Assembly: GCA_963677485.1 (NCBI GenBank)
Contig: OY781964.1
Coordinates: 1,632,001 to 1,696,000, forward strand
DNA: 64,000 nt
DNA from: Armatimonadota bacterium
GTDB lineage: Bacteria; Armatimonadota; HRBIN16
Direction of reading: 5' to 3'
The notes beneath the pieces are model-generated. The model was not told the DNA's origin. It was given only the letters and a program-made list of their open reading frames with translations, and made no database searches. The translations under genes were made by a program, and so were the position numbers. Shown in pieces: positions 1 through 9,599 of this stretch. Numbering within the stretch: position 1 is the stretch's first letter; each line of letters opens with the position of its first letter.

Positions 1-1127
1 TCAAACGCCAACCGCAGTGCCTCACGGCAGACCGATTGCTCCACATACAAATCTTCAAGCGTATGAGGGATCGTGGTGGGCCGCACCATCTTGTTGCGCA
101 TCCGGTTGCGAAGCACTGTTTCATCCATGTTGAAGGGGTTCCAGCGCATGATGTTGGGCAAGCCCGCCTCCACCATCACGTTGCAGATGCTGTAGCTCAT
201 GCCCAGGTTGGCGGAAACCGTGCGGTTGTAGTGACCCGCAAATACGCTGAACACGTCCGTCGTGGCCCCGCCGATGTCCACCCCCAGGATGTTGATGTTC
301 TCCTGCTGCGCGATAGTCTGCATGATGGCGCCCACCGCGTTGGGCGTCGACATGATGTCGGCACTCGTCCAGCCCATCAGCTTGCCGTAACCCGGCGCCT
401 GCCGCATCACATGCTCCAGGAACAACTCATGGATCGCCTCGCGGGCTGGTCCAAGGTTCTCTTCGTCCAGAGTGGGACGCAGGTTGTCTACGAAGCGCAG
501 GTCGACCCGGTTCTCCAGCAACTGCTGGACAGGCTCGCGTGCCTCCTTGTTACCGGCATAGATGACCGGCAGGTCCATGCCGCCCAGCCTGGGTTTTGGA
601 TCGGCGGAAAGCAAGATTTCCGCCATCTCCACCAGGTGGTTCACCGTGCCGCCGTCGGTGCCGCCGGACATCAAGATCATGTCCGGTCGTAACTGCCGGA
701 TGCGCTGCACCTTTTGGTACTCCTTCCGGCCATCGTCCACGGCGATTACATCCATGATGATTGCGCCGGCACCCAGAGCCGCGCGTTGGGCCGACTCAGC
801 GGACATCTGCTTCACCACGCCACTGACCGTCATCTGCAGTCCGCCGCCCGCCGATGAGGTGCTGAGGTAAGCATCGACGCCCTCTCCCTGATCGTTCTGA
901 GGGGTGATGATGGTGTCGTCCTTGATGAACCTTCGGCCAGTTAACTCCTCCACCTCGCGCACCGCGTTGAGCACGCCGATGGTCACATCATCAAACGGGG
1001 CTTCAACAGTGGTGGGGGCTTCGCCGCGAGCCACCAGGCGGTAGCCCTGTTCACTCAACTCAATCAATATGCATTTCGTGGTCGTGCTTCCGCAGTCTGT
1101 GGCCAGGATCGATCGCAGTTGGCTCAT
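1..1127 (-). CDS. Glutamate mutase L (GlmL/MutL)-family ASKHA ATPase, 3' end runs off the window
   Basis: Manual translation (absent from ORF track): MSQLRSILATDCGSTTTK...YLSTSSAGGGL...LMSGGTDGG...GVDIGGATTDVFS...RTVSANLGMSYS, open to base 1. Confidence 0.85.
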   Translation of the reverse strand, partial: MSQLRSILATDCGSTTTKCILIELSEQGYRLVARGEAPTTVEAPFDDVTIGVLNAVREVEELTGRRFIKDDTIITPQNDQGEGVDAYLSTSSAGGGLQMTVSGVVKQMSAESAQRAALGAGAIIMDVIAVDDGRKEYQKVQRIRQLRPDMILMSGGTDGGTVNHLVEMAEILLSADPKPRLGGMDLPVIYAGNKEAREPVQQLLENRVDLRFVDNLRPTLDEENLGPAREAIHELFLEHVMRQAPGYGKLMGWTSADIMSTPNAVGAIMQTIAQQENINILGVDIGGATTDVFSVFAGHYNRTVSANLGMSYSICNVMVEAGLPNIMRWNPFNMDETVLRNRMRNKMVRPTTIPHTLEDLYVEQSVCREALRLAF

Positions 1128-1245
1128 GTTGAAGTTCCCCTAGTTGATTGTAGTGAATAGTGCATGGATCGGCATTTTCTGTTAATAACGGCTCACCCAT
1201 CGGCGACAGGTTCCATCAACCTGCTAAATCAGGCCTCTTCACCCA

Positions 1246-1269
1246 GGGCGATTCGCGAATCGCCCCTAC
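1246..1269 (-). repeat. REP-like hairpin (GTAG-GGGCG...CGCCC family)
   Basis: gggcgattcgcgaatcgcccctac; related copies at 6588-6614, 28492-28603, 33191-33215, 56740-56812. Confidence 0.8.
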
Positions 1270-1469
1270 ATGACCCGTTGAAGCGGACGCATCCCGGACG
1301 CGAGTAATCGGCCAAATCTGCATACCGACGGGGGCATCCCTTCGGGCACCCACGAAGTGGGTATGATTCTTATAGCCAGGGGTGAGCGAAGCGATACCCC
1401 TGGAAAGCGGAACATTATTCTACCCCGAAGTGGGTCGCACCTATGCGTGGCAGTCGCATTATAAATCTT

Positions 1470-1600
1470 ATGTCCGGGGCGGTCTTGTTCCTGGCACAAA
1501 TCTTTCATGGCTGACCGCCAGACCGGCGCGGTCTCGAGCCTTCTGCATCCGCTAGCTTACGCACAGACCGCCCGGACATAGGCAACGCTTGGCTGCATAG
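1470..1600. repeat. Dispersed hairpin repeat (TATGTCCGGGGCGGTC family)
   Basis: tatgtccggggcggtct...agaccgccccggacata inverted pair with internal agaccggcgcggtct palindrome; reverse-complement homolog of the 17.8-18.2 kb unit, also at ~50600-50665. Confidence 0.8.
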
Positions 1601-1606
1601 CAACTA

Positions 1607-2212
1607 TTACTTTAACGCGCTTCGGAGGCCGGTGATGATCATCTGTGCGGCCAGACTGGCCAGGATCAGGCCGGAGAGCTTGCTCAGCACGTTGATGGTG
1701 AGGTGACCCAGCTTCTTCTCCATCCAGGAACCCGCCAGCAACAGGCAGCCCACGAGGATGGTGGCCATGGTCAGCGAAAGTGCGATGCTCAGGCTATGCA
1801 GCGTGCCCGCATTCTCAATGCCCATCACCATGATGGTACCAATGGTGGCAGGACCTAACAGCACAGGGATCGCCAGCGGCACCACCGCGATGTCCTCATT
1901 GGGGTCACGCCCTTCCGCCATCTGCGAGGGCTGTTGTAACGCCACACCGTTCAGGAAGAGCAGAGCACCCGCGCCGATTCGGAAAGCGTCCAGTGTGATC
2001 CCCAGCACTCCGAAAATCCATTGGCCGGCAAACAGCAGGATCAGGCTCGCGATCCAGACCGCCACCGTCGCCCGGGTGGCAAGCCGCCGCTTTTGCCGGA
2101 TGTCATGCTGCTTGGTAAGTGCCAGATAGGTAGCCAGGCCGGCGAACGGGGTCAACAGGAAGAAAAACTTAATGCAGTCGGCCATCAACAGATGCCAGTT
2201 TAGTTCGTTCAT
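1607..2212 (-). CDS. MarC family membrane protein
   Basis: 201 aa, hydrophobic; LGITLDAFRIGAG and IAVVPLAIPVLLGP motifs. Confidence 0.9.
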   Translation of the reverse strand: MNELNWHLLMADCIKFFFLLTPFAGLATYLALTKQHDIRQKRRLATRATVAVWIASLILLFAGQWIFGVLGITLDAFRIGAGALLFLNGVALQQPSQMAEGRDPNEDIAVVPLAIPVLLGPATIGTIMVMGIENAGTLHSLSIALSLTMATILVGCLLLAGSWMEKKLGHLTINVLSKLSGLILASLAAQMIITGLRSALK

Positions 2213-2347
2213 GCCGCCTCGCTTCAGGATTTAGTGATTCCAGCACTTTTAGTATAACGCCAGGGGCTGTGATTGTTGGGTATAACTACTCAGCCGCCGA
2301 CGACGGGTTCCATCAACCTTATTAAGCAGGCCAGTAAGTAGCTGGTC

Positions 2348-2427
2348 GGGGTGTCCCTTGTGGGCGCCCTAATCGTTGTTCATTCGATAGTTTTTGTTTT
2401 TGGGACGCCCACAAGGGACGCCCCTAC
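2348..2427. repeat. REP doublet (BIME/REPIN-like)
   Basis: ggggtgtcccttgtgggcgccc...ggacgcccacaagggacgcccctac; near-identical copy at 8895-8975. Confidence 0.8.
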
Positions 2428-2502
2428 GACAGTATCAGTTACAGGCTGGGCAGCAGTGCATGCCCGGGCGATTGTTGTACAATAGCCAAGACATTAATAT
2501 CA

Positions 2503-2725
2503 GTCTATTAACCACAAATCCAGTTGGGATCGTATCGACCATGTGCCGCGACATGAATGTCTCGGCTATTGATCAGCAAGCCCGCAAAACCGGGCTGCGG
2601 AGCTCCTTGCCGACAAAGATAACGTTAATGAAGACTGCTTCAGCAGTCTTAGTGTTCAATAGCCGAGACATTTATGTCGCGGAATCGGTGACCTACTGGC
2701 CATGTAAAATTTGTGGGTAATAGCC
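2503..2725 (+). mobile_element. ~224-bp MITE-like element, copy 1
   Basis: Ends GTCTATTA(A/C)CCACAAAT / ATTTGTGGGTAATAG; nested inverted repeats; homologous to 18274-18497 and 44812-45035. Confidence 0.75.
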
Positions 2726-2813
2726 AAGACATTAATATCGCTGCACGGAGGCGATTGGGCTGTGTGAGGGCCACAAACGCCTCATTTTATCGATAAATAT
2801 CCCTGAATTACTA

Positions 2814-4166
2814 TTACAAATCCTCACCATTCGCTGCGATGCGGTCACGATACCACCAGTAGCTGTCCTTCGGGATGCGCAGCTTGGTGTCGTAATCCAC
2901 ATGCACAATGCCGAACCGCTGCTTATACCCCTCGGCCCACTCGAAGTTGTCCATCAGCGACCACAGGAAATAGCCTGCCACATCAACACCGTCGTCCGCC
3001 GCGCGCTTGAGCTCGCGCAGGTAGCGGTGCAGGAAGTCGATGCGCTGGCTGTCATGAACCTGCCCGTCCAGATGCACCACATCGAAGTTGCCCATGCCGT
3101 TCTCCGTGACCACCACCGGCTTGCCGTATCGCTCATTCAGCCACTTGGAGGTGTAGTAAAGAACCTCAGGGGTGATGGGCCACTGCATGGATGTGATCGG
3201 GTTGCCCATCGGCTGCGGCACCTCAACGGGCCGACCGTCTTCACCTGCCTTGATACACACACCGTTGTAACAGTTGTAGGCGCACAGGTCGATTGGCTGG
3301 GCGATGGTCTCCATATCGCCTTGTTTGATCTGCGGCGCGTTGGCTCCCAGAGCGTTGATGATGGCCTCGGGATAGCCTTTGCCGAACACGGGGTCTGTCC
3401 AGAACATCGTGGGGGCCATGCTTTCACCCTGAGGGTTCAGGAACCAGTGTCTGGCGGCCTCGATGTCTTGCGGGCTGCTGGTGTGTGGGTAACTGGCGGT
3501 GCCGATGGGCACTATGCCCACCTTACCAGGACGCAGGGCATGACCTCGTATGGCCTGCACCGCTTTACCGTGCGCCAACAGCGCGTTGTGTGCAGCCGTA
3601 GCCACCTGCCCGGTCTGAAGCCTGTCCCCAGGGGCGTGAACACCCGCCTGCATCCCCGCCAGAATGAAGCACTGGGGCTCATTGAGTGTCAGCCAGTTGA
3701 AAACACGGTCAGACAGGCGATAGGTGACGATGGCGGCGTAATAGGCAAACCAATCGGCGATCTCACGGTTCAGCCACCCGCCGCGGCGATAGAGCTCCAG
3801 CGGGAGATCCCAGTGGAACAGCGTCACCCAAGGCGCGATGCCGGCATCTTCCAGCTCATCTACCAGGCGGTCGTAGAAATCCAGCGCGACCTCATTCGGC
3901 TGGCCTGTGCCATCGGGCAGCACCCAGGGCCATGAGATGCTGAAGCGGTAGGCGTTGATACCCAGTTGCTTCATCAGCTCCACATCCTGCTTCATGTTGG
4001 CGATGTGCTCCGGCCCGCTGCTTCCGTCGTGCCCCAGATAGGTGGCACCAGGCTTCTGGCAGAACATATCCCAGACACACGGCTTGCGTCCCTCGGCCAG
4101 GCGTGTTCCTTCTATTTGGTATGATGCGGTGGCGGCTCCCCAGGCGAAATCGTCTCGAAAAGACAT
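2814..4166 (-). CDS. GH1 beta-glucosidase
   Basis: FAWGAATASYQIEG, TLNEP (acid/base), VTENG (nucleophile), WSLMDNFEWAEGY. Confidence 0.97.
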   Translation of the reverse strand: MSFRDDFAWGAATASYQIEGTRLAEGRKPCVWDMFCQKPGATYLGHDGSSGPEHIANMKQDVELMKQLGINAYRFSISWPWVLPDGTGQPNEVALDFYDRLVDELEDAGIAPWVTLFHWDLPLELYRRGGWLNREIADWFAYYAAIVTYRLSDRVFNWLTLNEPQCFILAGMQAGVHAPGDRLQTGQVATAAHNALLAHGKAVQAIRGHALRPGKVGIVPIGTASYPHTSSPQDIEAARHWFLNPQGESMAPTMFWTDPVFGKGYPEAIINALGANAPQIKQGDMETIAQPIDLCAYNCYNGVCIKAGEDGRPVEVPQPMGNPITSMQWPITPEVLYYTSKWLNERYGKPVVVTENGMGNFDVVHLDGQVHDSQRIDFLHRYLRELKRAADDGVDVAGYFLWSLMDNFEWAEGYKQRFGIVHVDYDTKLRIPKDSYWWYRDRIAANGEDL

Positions 4167-4276
4167 GGCAATTCTCCTTACCGAATTGGTGGCATGTATC
4201 TATATTACACAAGCACGGCCCGATTAGGTATAATCTGGTGTACAGTGCGACGATATGCACAAAAGAGGTGGGTTCG

Positions 4277-4645
4277 ATGGATAACACATGTCCGCTATGC
4301 CAAACCGGGTTAATGGTGGCGGAAACCGACTGCTGGATGTTGATGTGGGACGAATACCCCGTGAGCGAAGGCCATATGTTGATAGTGATGAAACGGCACG
4401 ACGCCGAACATTGGGATATGAGCCAGGATGAATGGCAAGACCTGTATGTGGCTATCGGCGAGGCGAAGAAGTTGATTGACGACCAGTTCTCACCCGAGGG
4501 CTACAATATCGGCTCAAACATCGGCGAGGCTGCCGGCCAATCCGTGCCGCACGTACATATTCACGTGATCCCGCGATACAAAGGCGACAACGCCAAACCT
4601 CGCGGTGGGATTCGCAACGTGCGCAATCCGCTGGTGGAGTATTAG
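4277..4645 (+). CDS. HIT family hydrolase
   Basis: CPLC N-terminus, AAGQSVPHVHIHVIPR motif; start taken at ATG 4277 after GAGG. Confidence 0.92.
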   Translation: MDNTCPLCQTGLMVAETDCWMLMWDEYPVSEGHMLIVMKRHDAEHWDMSQDEWQDLYVAIGEAKKLIDDQFSPEGYNIGSNIGEAAGQSVPHVHIHVIPRYKGDNAKPRGGIRNVRNPLVEY

Positions 4646-4889
4646 CGGCGTTTTAGGTTAGTGGGACGGATCGGGCAGATCTTTCTATTGGTCTGATCCG
4701 TCCAATCCGTCCTATGACAGCACCGCCGCTGCATGAATGCCATTCATTTGACCAAAAACACCTGGGTCGTGCGGTGAAAATCAATGCATTCCGCCATACC
4801 ACGCGCTAAAGCACATGGCTATTGACATTCCAAGCCTGCTGAAGCAGGCTGCAGGGCTTCGCCCTTTGAGGGTGCTGCTGTTGTATGGT

Positions 4890-4990
4890 AGCTGCACCCA
4901 GACTGCTTCAGCAGGCTTTTTGATCAATAGCCGAGACATTTATGTCGCGGCACGGTGGCCATATACCTGTTTTTCATTTGTGGGTAATAA
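4890..4990 (+). repeat. Half copy of the MITE-like element
   Basis: ctgcacccagactgcttcagcaggc...aatagccgagacatttatgtcgcgg...ttgtgggtaata; similar piece at 37632-37698. Confidence 0.7.
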
Positions 4991-5239
4991 ACTGGGGCTT
5001 TCAGCCCGCGGCCGAAATCGCAATCGATTAGCATCCACTGGATTGACCCACAGCCCATCCCCTACCAGCACCGCCGCGGCATGAATGCCACGTCTAATTC
5101 AATGAAAGCCCGTTGAAACGGGCTCGGATGTGCCTTTCGCCAAATCTGGTGGGACGACCACAGCCCAAACGTCGCATGCGAATCCCCGCAGTCGGCTTTT
5201 CGGTTAAGAAGCCGCGTCCTTCAGGGCGCGGGGACCCCC

Positions 5240-6499
5240 CTACCAGCGGGCGGCTTCCTCTTTGGCGATGGCGACCCAGCGGATCACCCGCTCAGGCTGG
5301 TTGCGTATGGTGTGGTTATCCTTCATGATCGCCTCTGCGCGGCAGTTGTGCTGCTTGGCCAGATCAAAAGCGTGGCGGAGCGTCTTGCGCACCAAATCCT
5401 CATCCCACCGGTCCATGGCCAGATGCGAGGGATTGGGTTTGAAGGACATGACGTAGTTCGGCCCCAGCGCCTCGGTGATGATGGGCAGGTCGCACCAGGG
5501 TGACACGGACACACGCCTCAGGTTGGGATGTTGCCTCACCACAGCCCACCGGTCGTGGATGGGCTCGCAGCAGCCGTAGCAGGTCAGCGCGAACAGCTCC
5601 ATGATGCGGCGTTCATACGGAAACACGTATTCCGCATACATCTTCGGAGAAACATTCACCGTCTCCTGGCTTTCGGTAAAACCCCACATATCTTTGGCGG
5701 TGATCTTCTGCCCCTCAGGTACAGTGGGAATCTGATCACTCCACCCCCAACCCCCAGAGCCTATGTAAGAGCCATCGTTGTTTTGGTAGAGCAATCCGGC
5801 GGCCTCCAACTGCTTGACCTTGCCGATGTGCCCCTCGCTAATGAAGCTCATCAGCGCATGCAGCCCCTCTGGCTCGTCGTACATATCCACCAGCATCTGT
5901 TCGATGCCGCGCAGCTTCACCGCGTCGAAAGTCACACCCAGCGACCACCACCAGCTCTGCTTTTGCCTCACTGTGAGGATGCCGTCAAACAGCCCCTTCA
6001 CGAACTCCAGGTTTTGGGCTGAAGCGTCCGCGTCAAACACCAGTTTGGGATATTCGAGTTTTGGCAGGTCGCGCTCGTAGTTTTCGATAGGCGCCTTCCA
6101 GGTGTAGGCGTGCCCGCCACTCGCATCGCCAATCTGCTGCGGGTCCAGCCCCCAGCCGGTAAAATAAGCCGTATGCCCCACGTTGACGATGTCCTCCACC
6201 ACCACATCGTCCTTCATCTTCTCCCCGCGGAAGATGCGCATACGCAGATCCATCTCGTAACCGCGCAGCCTGGGGTCCTGGCACACCAGATCGGCCTGGG
6301 TGATGATCTCGTTCCAGCCGTTCTCTGGGTCACACATAATGAGGGGCTGGGTTTCGTCAAGCCGGTTATGCGCGGTCCAGAGCGCCCTGTTATGCTGCTG
6401 CACAGGCTCCGCCGCGATCTCCGCCACGCGTTTGGCTAACTCACGGATGACCGTCAGCTCTTTGGGGTCCACTTTCGGGTTATCGACTAGACTGGACAT
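5240..6499 (-). CDS. URO-D/MtaA-like TIM-barrel protein, uncharacterised
   Basis: LRGIEQMLVDMYDEPE, VSPKMYAEYVFPY, YGCCEP; start chosen at MSSLVD behind GAGG. Confidence 0.7.
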   Translation of the reverse strand: MSSLVDNPKVDPKELTVIRELAKRVAEIAAEPVQQHNRALWTAHNRLDETQPLIMCDPENGWNEIITQADLVCQDPRLRGYEMDLRMRIFRGEKMKDDVVVEDIVNVGHTAYFTGWGLDPQQIGDASGGHAYTWKAPIENYERDLPKLEYPKLVFDADASAQNLEFVKGLFDGILTVRQKQSWWWSLGVTFDAVKLRGIEQMLVDMYDEPEGLHALMSFISEGHIGKVKQLEAAGLLYQNNDGSYIGSGGWGWSDQIPTVPEGQKITAKDMWGFTESQETVNVSPKMYAEYVFPYERRIMELFALTCYGCCEPIHDRWAVVRQHPNLRRVSVSPWCDLPIITEALGPNYVMSFKPNPSHLAMDRWDEDLVRKTLRHAFDLAKQHNCRAEAIMKDNHTIRNQPERVIRWVAIAKEEAARW

Positions 6500-6688
6500 T
6501 AACGCCATACCTCGCAAGGATGTAGATTGAGAGACTTTACCAATAAGAGCATCCGGCAACGGCCATAGATTCGCACCCACCTGAAACAGGGCCACCACAA
6601 GGGATGGCCCCTACGATTGCAATCGTTGCCGTGATATGGCTGCACCGCGCGAGCAGATGCCTTCGCGGTGCGGCCGGTCAACCAGGCG

Positions 6689-8374
6689 CTAGCTGCGGGC
6701 GGCGGTGCGGATTTCGATGAGCTTCTTCATGACCGCATACAGGTTGCCCTGCAAGTCCTTGGTGCCGAAGGCGTCATGCATCTCTTTGTAGAGCTTATAT
6801 AGCTCTGCGTAGACGGCGGCGTTCTCAGGAATGGGCTCGTAGCGCACTTCCTTCAAGCCGCACATCGCATCCATCGCGGTTTCGAAGTTGTCGAATCCGC
6901 CAGCCTTGCTTCCGGCGACCACAGCCCCCACGATGGCACTGCCCAGAGCACAGGTCTGGCTGCTTCGCGAGACCAGCATGGTGCGGTTTATGATGTCAGC
7001 ATATATCTGCATCACCACAGGGTTCTTCTCGGCGATGCCACCGCAGTTCACCACCTCGTTGATCTTCACGCCATACTCCTCGAAGCGGTTGATGATCGCC
7101 AGCGCACCGAAGGCGGTGGCTTCAATCAACGCGCGGTAGATCTCCGCAGGGGTGCTGTGCAGCGTCTGACCCACCATCAGGCCGGTCAACCGCTGGTCGC
7201 CCAGGATGGTGCGGTTGCCGTTGTTCCAGTCGAGTGAAAGCAACCCGCTTTCGCCGGGTTTCAGCTTGCCGGCACCCTTTGTGAGGGCGGCGTGACCGCC
7301 TTTATCGCCCATCGGCTGCACGACATTCACGAACCAGTTGAAGATATCGCCCACCGCGCTCTGTCCGGCTTCAAATCCCCAGTAACCGGGCAGGATCGAG
7401 CCATCCACGATGCCGCACAGTCCGGGGATATCGGCGATCTGCTCGGAGTTGGGCAGCACCATCAGGTCGCAGGTTGAGGTGCCCAGCGTCTTCACCAGCC
7501 GTCCAGCCTTGATCCCGGCACCAATACCGCCGAAGTGCGCATCAAACGCCCCCACGGCCACGGGAATGCCCACAGGCAGACCGAGCTTGGCCGCCCATTC
7601 TGGGCAGAGGGTTCCTGCCGCCTCATCTGCGGTGTAGGCCACATCGAACAGCTTCGCACGCACCGCACCCAGCTCCGGCGAGAGCGCACTCAAGAATTCG
7701 GCATCGGGCAGACCGCCCCACTTGGCGTTATACATCGCTTTATGGCCAGCCGCGCAAACCCCGCGTTTGATCTTGGCCGGGTGGGTGGTGTCGCACAAAA
7801 CCGCCGGGATGTAGTCGGCGATCTCAACCCAGCTTGCGGCCGCGTTCCACACCTTCGGGTCCACTTTAGCGCAGTGCCAGAGCTTACTGAAGAACCACTC
7901 GCTGGAGTAGCTGTTGCCGCACTTGGCCATATACTGGGGCCGCATCTTCAGACCCAATTCGGTGATCGCCACCGCCTCTTCAGTGCCGGTATGGTCCTTC
8001 CAAAGCCAGGCCATGGCGTTTAGATTATCGGCATACTCGGTTTGGAAGGCCAGCGGAGTGCCCTCTGCGTCCACAGGAAGCGGGGTTGATCCGGTGGTGT
8101 CGACGCCGATGCCAATCACGTTGGCGGGATCAAATCCGGGCACCGATTTGGCGATCTCCATCGCCGCCATCGTCGCCTCTTCAGCCCCTTCAAGATAGTC
8201 CATCGGGTGCTGTCGGGCGAGATTAGGATCGCGAGGGTCCAGCAGGATACCCTCCTCACCCTGGGTATATCCAAACACCGCGCTGCCTGCTTCAAAACCG
8301 TCGGTCACGCGCACCAAAATGGCGCGCACCGAGTTCGTGCCGTAATCCAAACCAAGCGTATACTTATCAGCCAT
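6689..8374 (-). CDS. araB: Ribulokinase (FGGY family)
   Basis: LGLDYGTNSVRA, GIGVDTTGSTP, WLWKDHT, YSSEWF, CAAGHKA, GTSTCD, LDWNNGNR. Confidence 0.93.
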   Translation of the reverse strand: MADKYTLGLDYGTNSVRAILVRVTDGFEAGSAVFGYTQGEEGILLDPRDPNLARQHPMDYLEGAEEATMAAMEIAKSVPGFDPANVIGIGVDTTGSTPLPVDAEGTPLAFQTEYADNLNAMAWLWKDHTGTEEAVAITELGLKMRPQYMAKCGNSYSSEWFFSKLWHCAKVDPKVWNAAASWVEIADYIPAVLCDTTHPAKIKRGVCAAGHKAMYNAKWGGLPDAEFLSALSPELGAVRAKLFDVAYTADEAAGTLCPEWAAKLGLPVGIPVAVGAFDAHFGGIGAGIKAGRLVKTLGTSTCDLMVLPNSEQIADIPGLCGIVDGSILPGYWGFEAGQSAVGDIFNWFVNVVQPMGDKGGHAALTKGAGKLKPGESGLLSLDWNNGNRTILGDQRLTGLMVGQTLHSTPAEIYRALIEATAFGALAIINRFEEYGVKINEVVNCGGIAEKNPVVMQIYADIINRTMLVSRSSQTCALGSAIVGAVVAGSKAGGFDNFETAMDAMCGLKEVRYEPIPENAAVYAELYKLYKEMHDAFGTKDLQGNLYAVMKKLIEIRTAARS

Positions 8375-8518
8375 TCATCGATTCCTCCAGTAAGATTTCT
8401 GATCACTGTTACTATTATGCAACCTAATGTCGGCTTTTGTACCGTGCCGAACGGCTCGCAAACAAGTAGAATGAAAATAGTAATGAAATTGCACGTCAAG
8501 TTTCAGGAGTAGCACACA

Positions 8519-8848
8519 ATGAGCCAGTTTCAAGCACGAGCCGCAGTGGCCAAAGCACTTGCCCATCCCAGCCGATTGATCATGTTAGACGCGTTGGAAC
8601 CGGGGGAAAAATGCGTGTGTGACCTTCAAAAACTGGTCGGAGCAGATATCTCCACCGTGTCCAAGCACCTCTCGGTGTTGAAAGCCGCAGGGCTGGTGAT
8701 TGACCGTAAAGAAGGACTGTGGGTATATTACCGCCTGACCTGCCCTTGCCTGGGTGAATTCATGCGGTGCATTGACGGCGTGATCGACCGCCAGAAGCGC
8801 GCCGAAGATTTGAAGGACCGCCCCACCACCGGCTGTTTCTGCGGATAG
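8519..8848 (+). CDS. ArsR/SmtB transcriptional regulator
   Basis: KALAHPSRL, EKCVCDL, STVSKHLSVLK, GLWVYYRL. Confidence 0.93.
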   Translation: MSQFQARAAVAKALAHPSRLIMLDALEPGEKCVCDLQKLVGADISTVSKHLSVLKAAGLVIDRKEGLWVYYRLTCPCLGEFMRCIDGVIDRQKRAEDLKDRPTTGCFCG

Positions 8849-8894
8849 TCACCTGCCGCGGGCGGGAAGCCCATCGAAGAGGACCCGCTAGTCA

Positions 8895-8975
8895 TAGGGG
8901 CGTCCCTTGTGGGCGCCCTAACCGTTGTTCAGTCGATAGTTCGTGTTTTAGGGCGCCCACAAGGGACGCCCCTAC
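8895..8975. repeat. REP doublet
   Basis: taggggcgtcccttgtgggcgccctaa...ttagggcgcccacaagggacgcccctac long inverted repeat. Confidence 0.8.
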
Positions 8976-9101
8976 GACCAGTTAAATACAAATATGTATT
9001 GGCACTACCCACAAATTACAAATCGATTGTCGGCCTACCGCAGGTGCCATCGAATAATCCCGCCAGGTTATCTTCCCCATCAAACAGGTGACCACGCGGT
9101 A

Positions 9102-9482
9102 CTATCGCTGTTTTAGGTATGCCGCGTATGCTGCGGCATCCATCAATTCGCTGAGTTGAGACTTATCTGACAACTTCACCTTGACCAGCCAGCTATCGTA
9201 AGGTGCCGCATTGATGGCCTCCGCGGCCTTCTCAAGCGGCTTGTTGGATTCCAGCACTTCACCCGTAACCGGGGTAATGAGATCACTGGATGCTTTAATG
9301 GATTCAACTGTACCAAACATCTCATCGTGTATAATCTGTGTGCCTGCGTCACGCAGCTCTAGAAATGAGATATCGCCCAGTTCCCCTTGCGCAAAATCGG
9401 TGATGCCGATAGTGGCTATATCGCCCTCTACCAGTATCCATTCATCAGTTTTTGTGTATAACAGGTTGCTTGGGATATTCAT
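9102..9482 (-). CDS. gcvH: Glycine cleavage system H protein
   Basis: IGITDFAQGELGDI, VESIKA lipoyl-lysine motif, INAAPY. Confidence 0.95.
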   Translation of the reverse strand: MNIPSNLLYTKTDEWILVEGDIATIGITDFAQGELGDISFLELRDAGTQIIHDEMFGTVESIKASSDLITPVTGEVLESNKPLEKAAEAINAAPYDSWLVKVKLSDKSQLSELMDAAAYAAYLKQR

Positions 9483-9544
9483 TCATTCTCTCCTGACGTT
9501 TCGTTGTGATGGCACTCTTATCTATATTACCCGGTCGCCCCGTT

Positions 9545-9578
9545 AAAAGAGAACCCCCCGGTTCGTGGCCGAGGGGTA
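9545..9578 (-). terminator. Probable intrinsic terminator of SLH gene A
   Basis: GC hairpin then T-rich tract on minus strand; near-identical hairpin at 11955-11989 after gene B. Confidence 0.65.
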
Positions 9579-9599
9579 TGAGGCGGTCAAAGAACTGTG

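Noticed and set aside
36-870. Plus-strand ORFs 36-692 and 562-870
   Set aside because: Shadows of the minus-strand GlmL-like gene
5205-5240. aagccgcgtccttcagggcgcgg, resembling an IS200/IS605 end hairpin
   Set aside because: No tnpA or tnpB nearby; treated as part of the intergenic repeat mosaic
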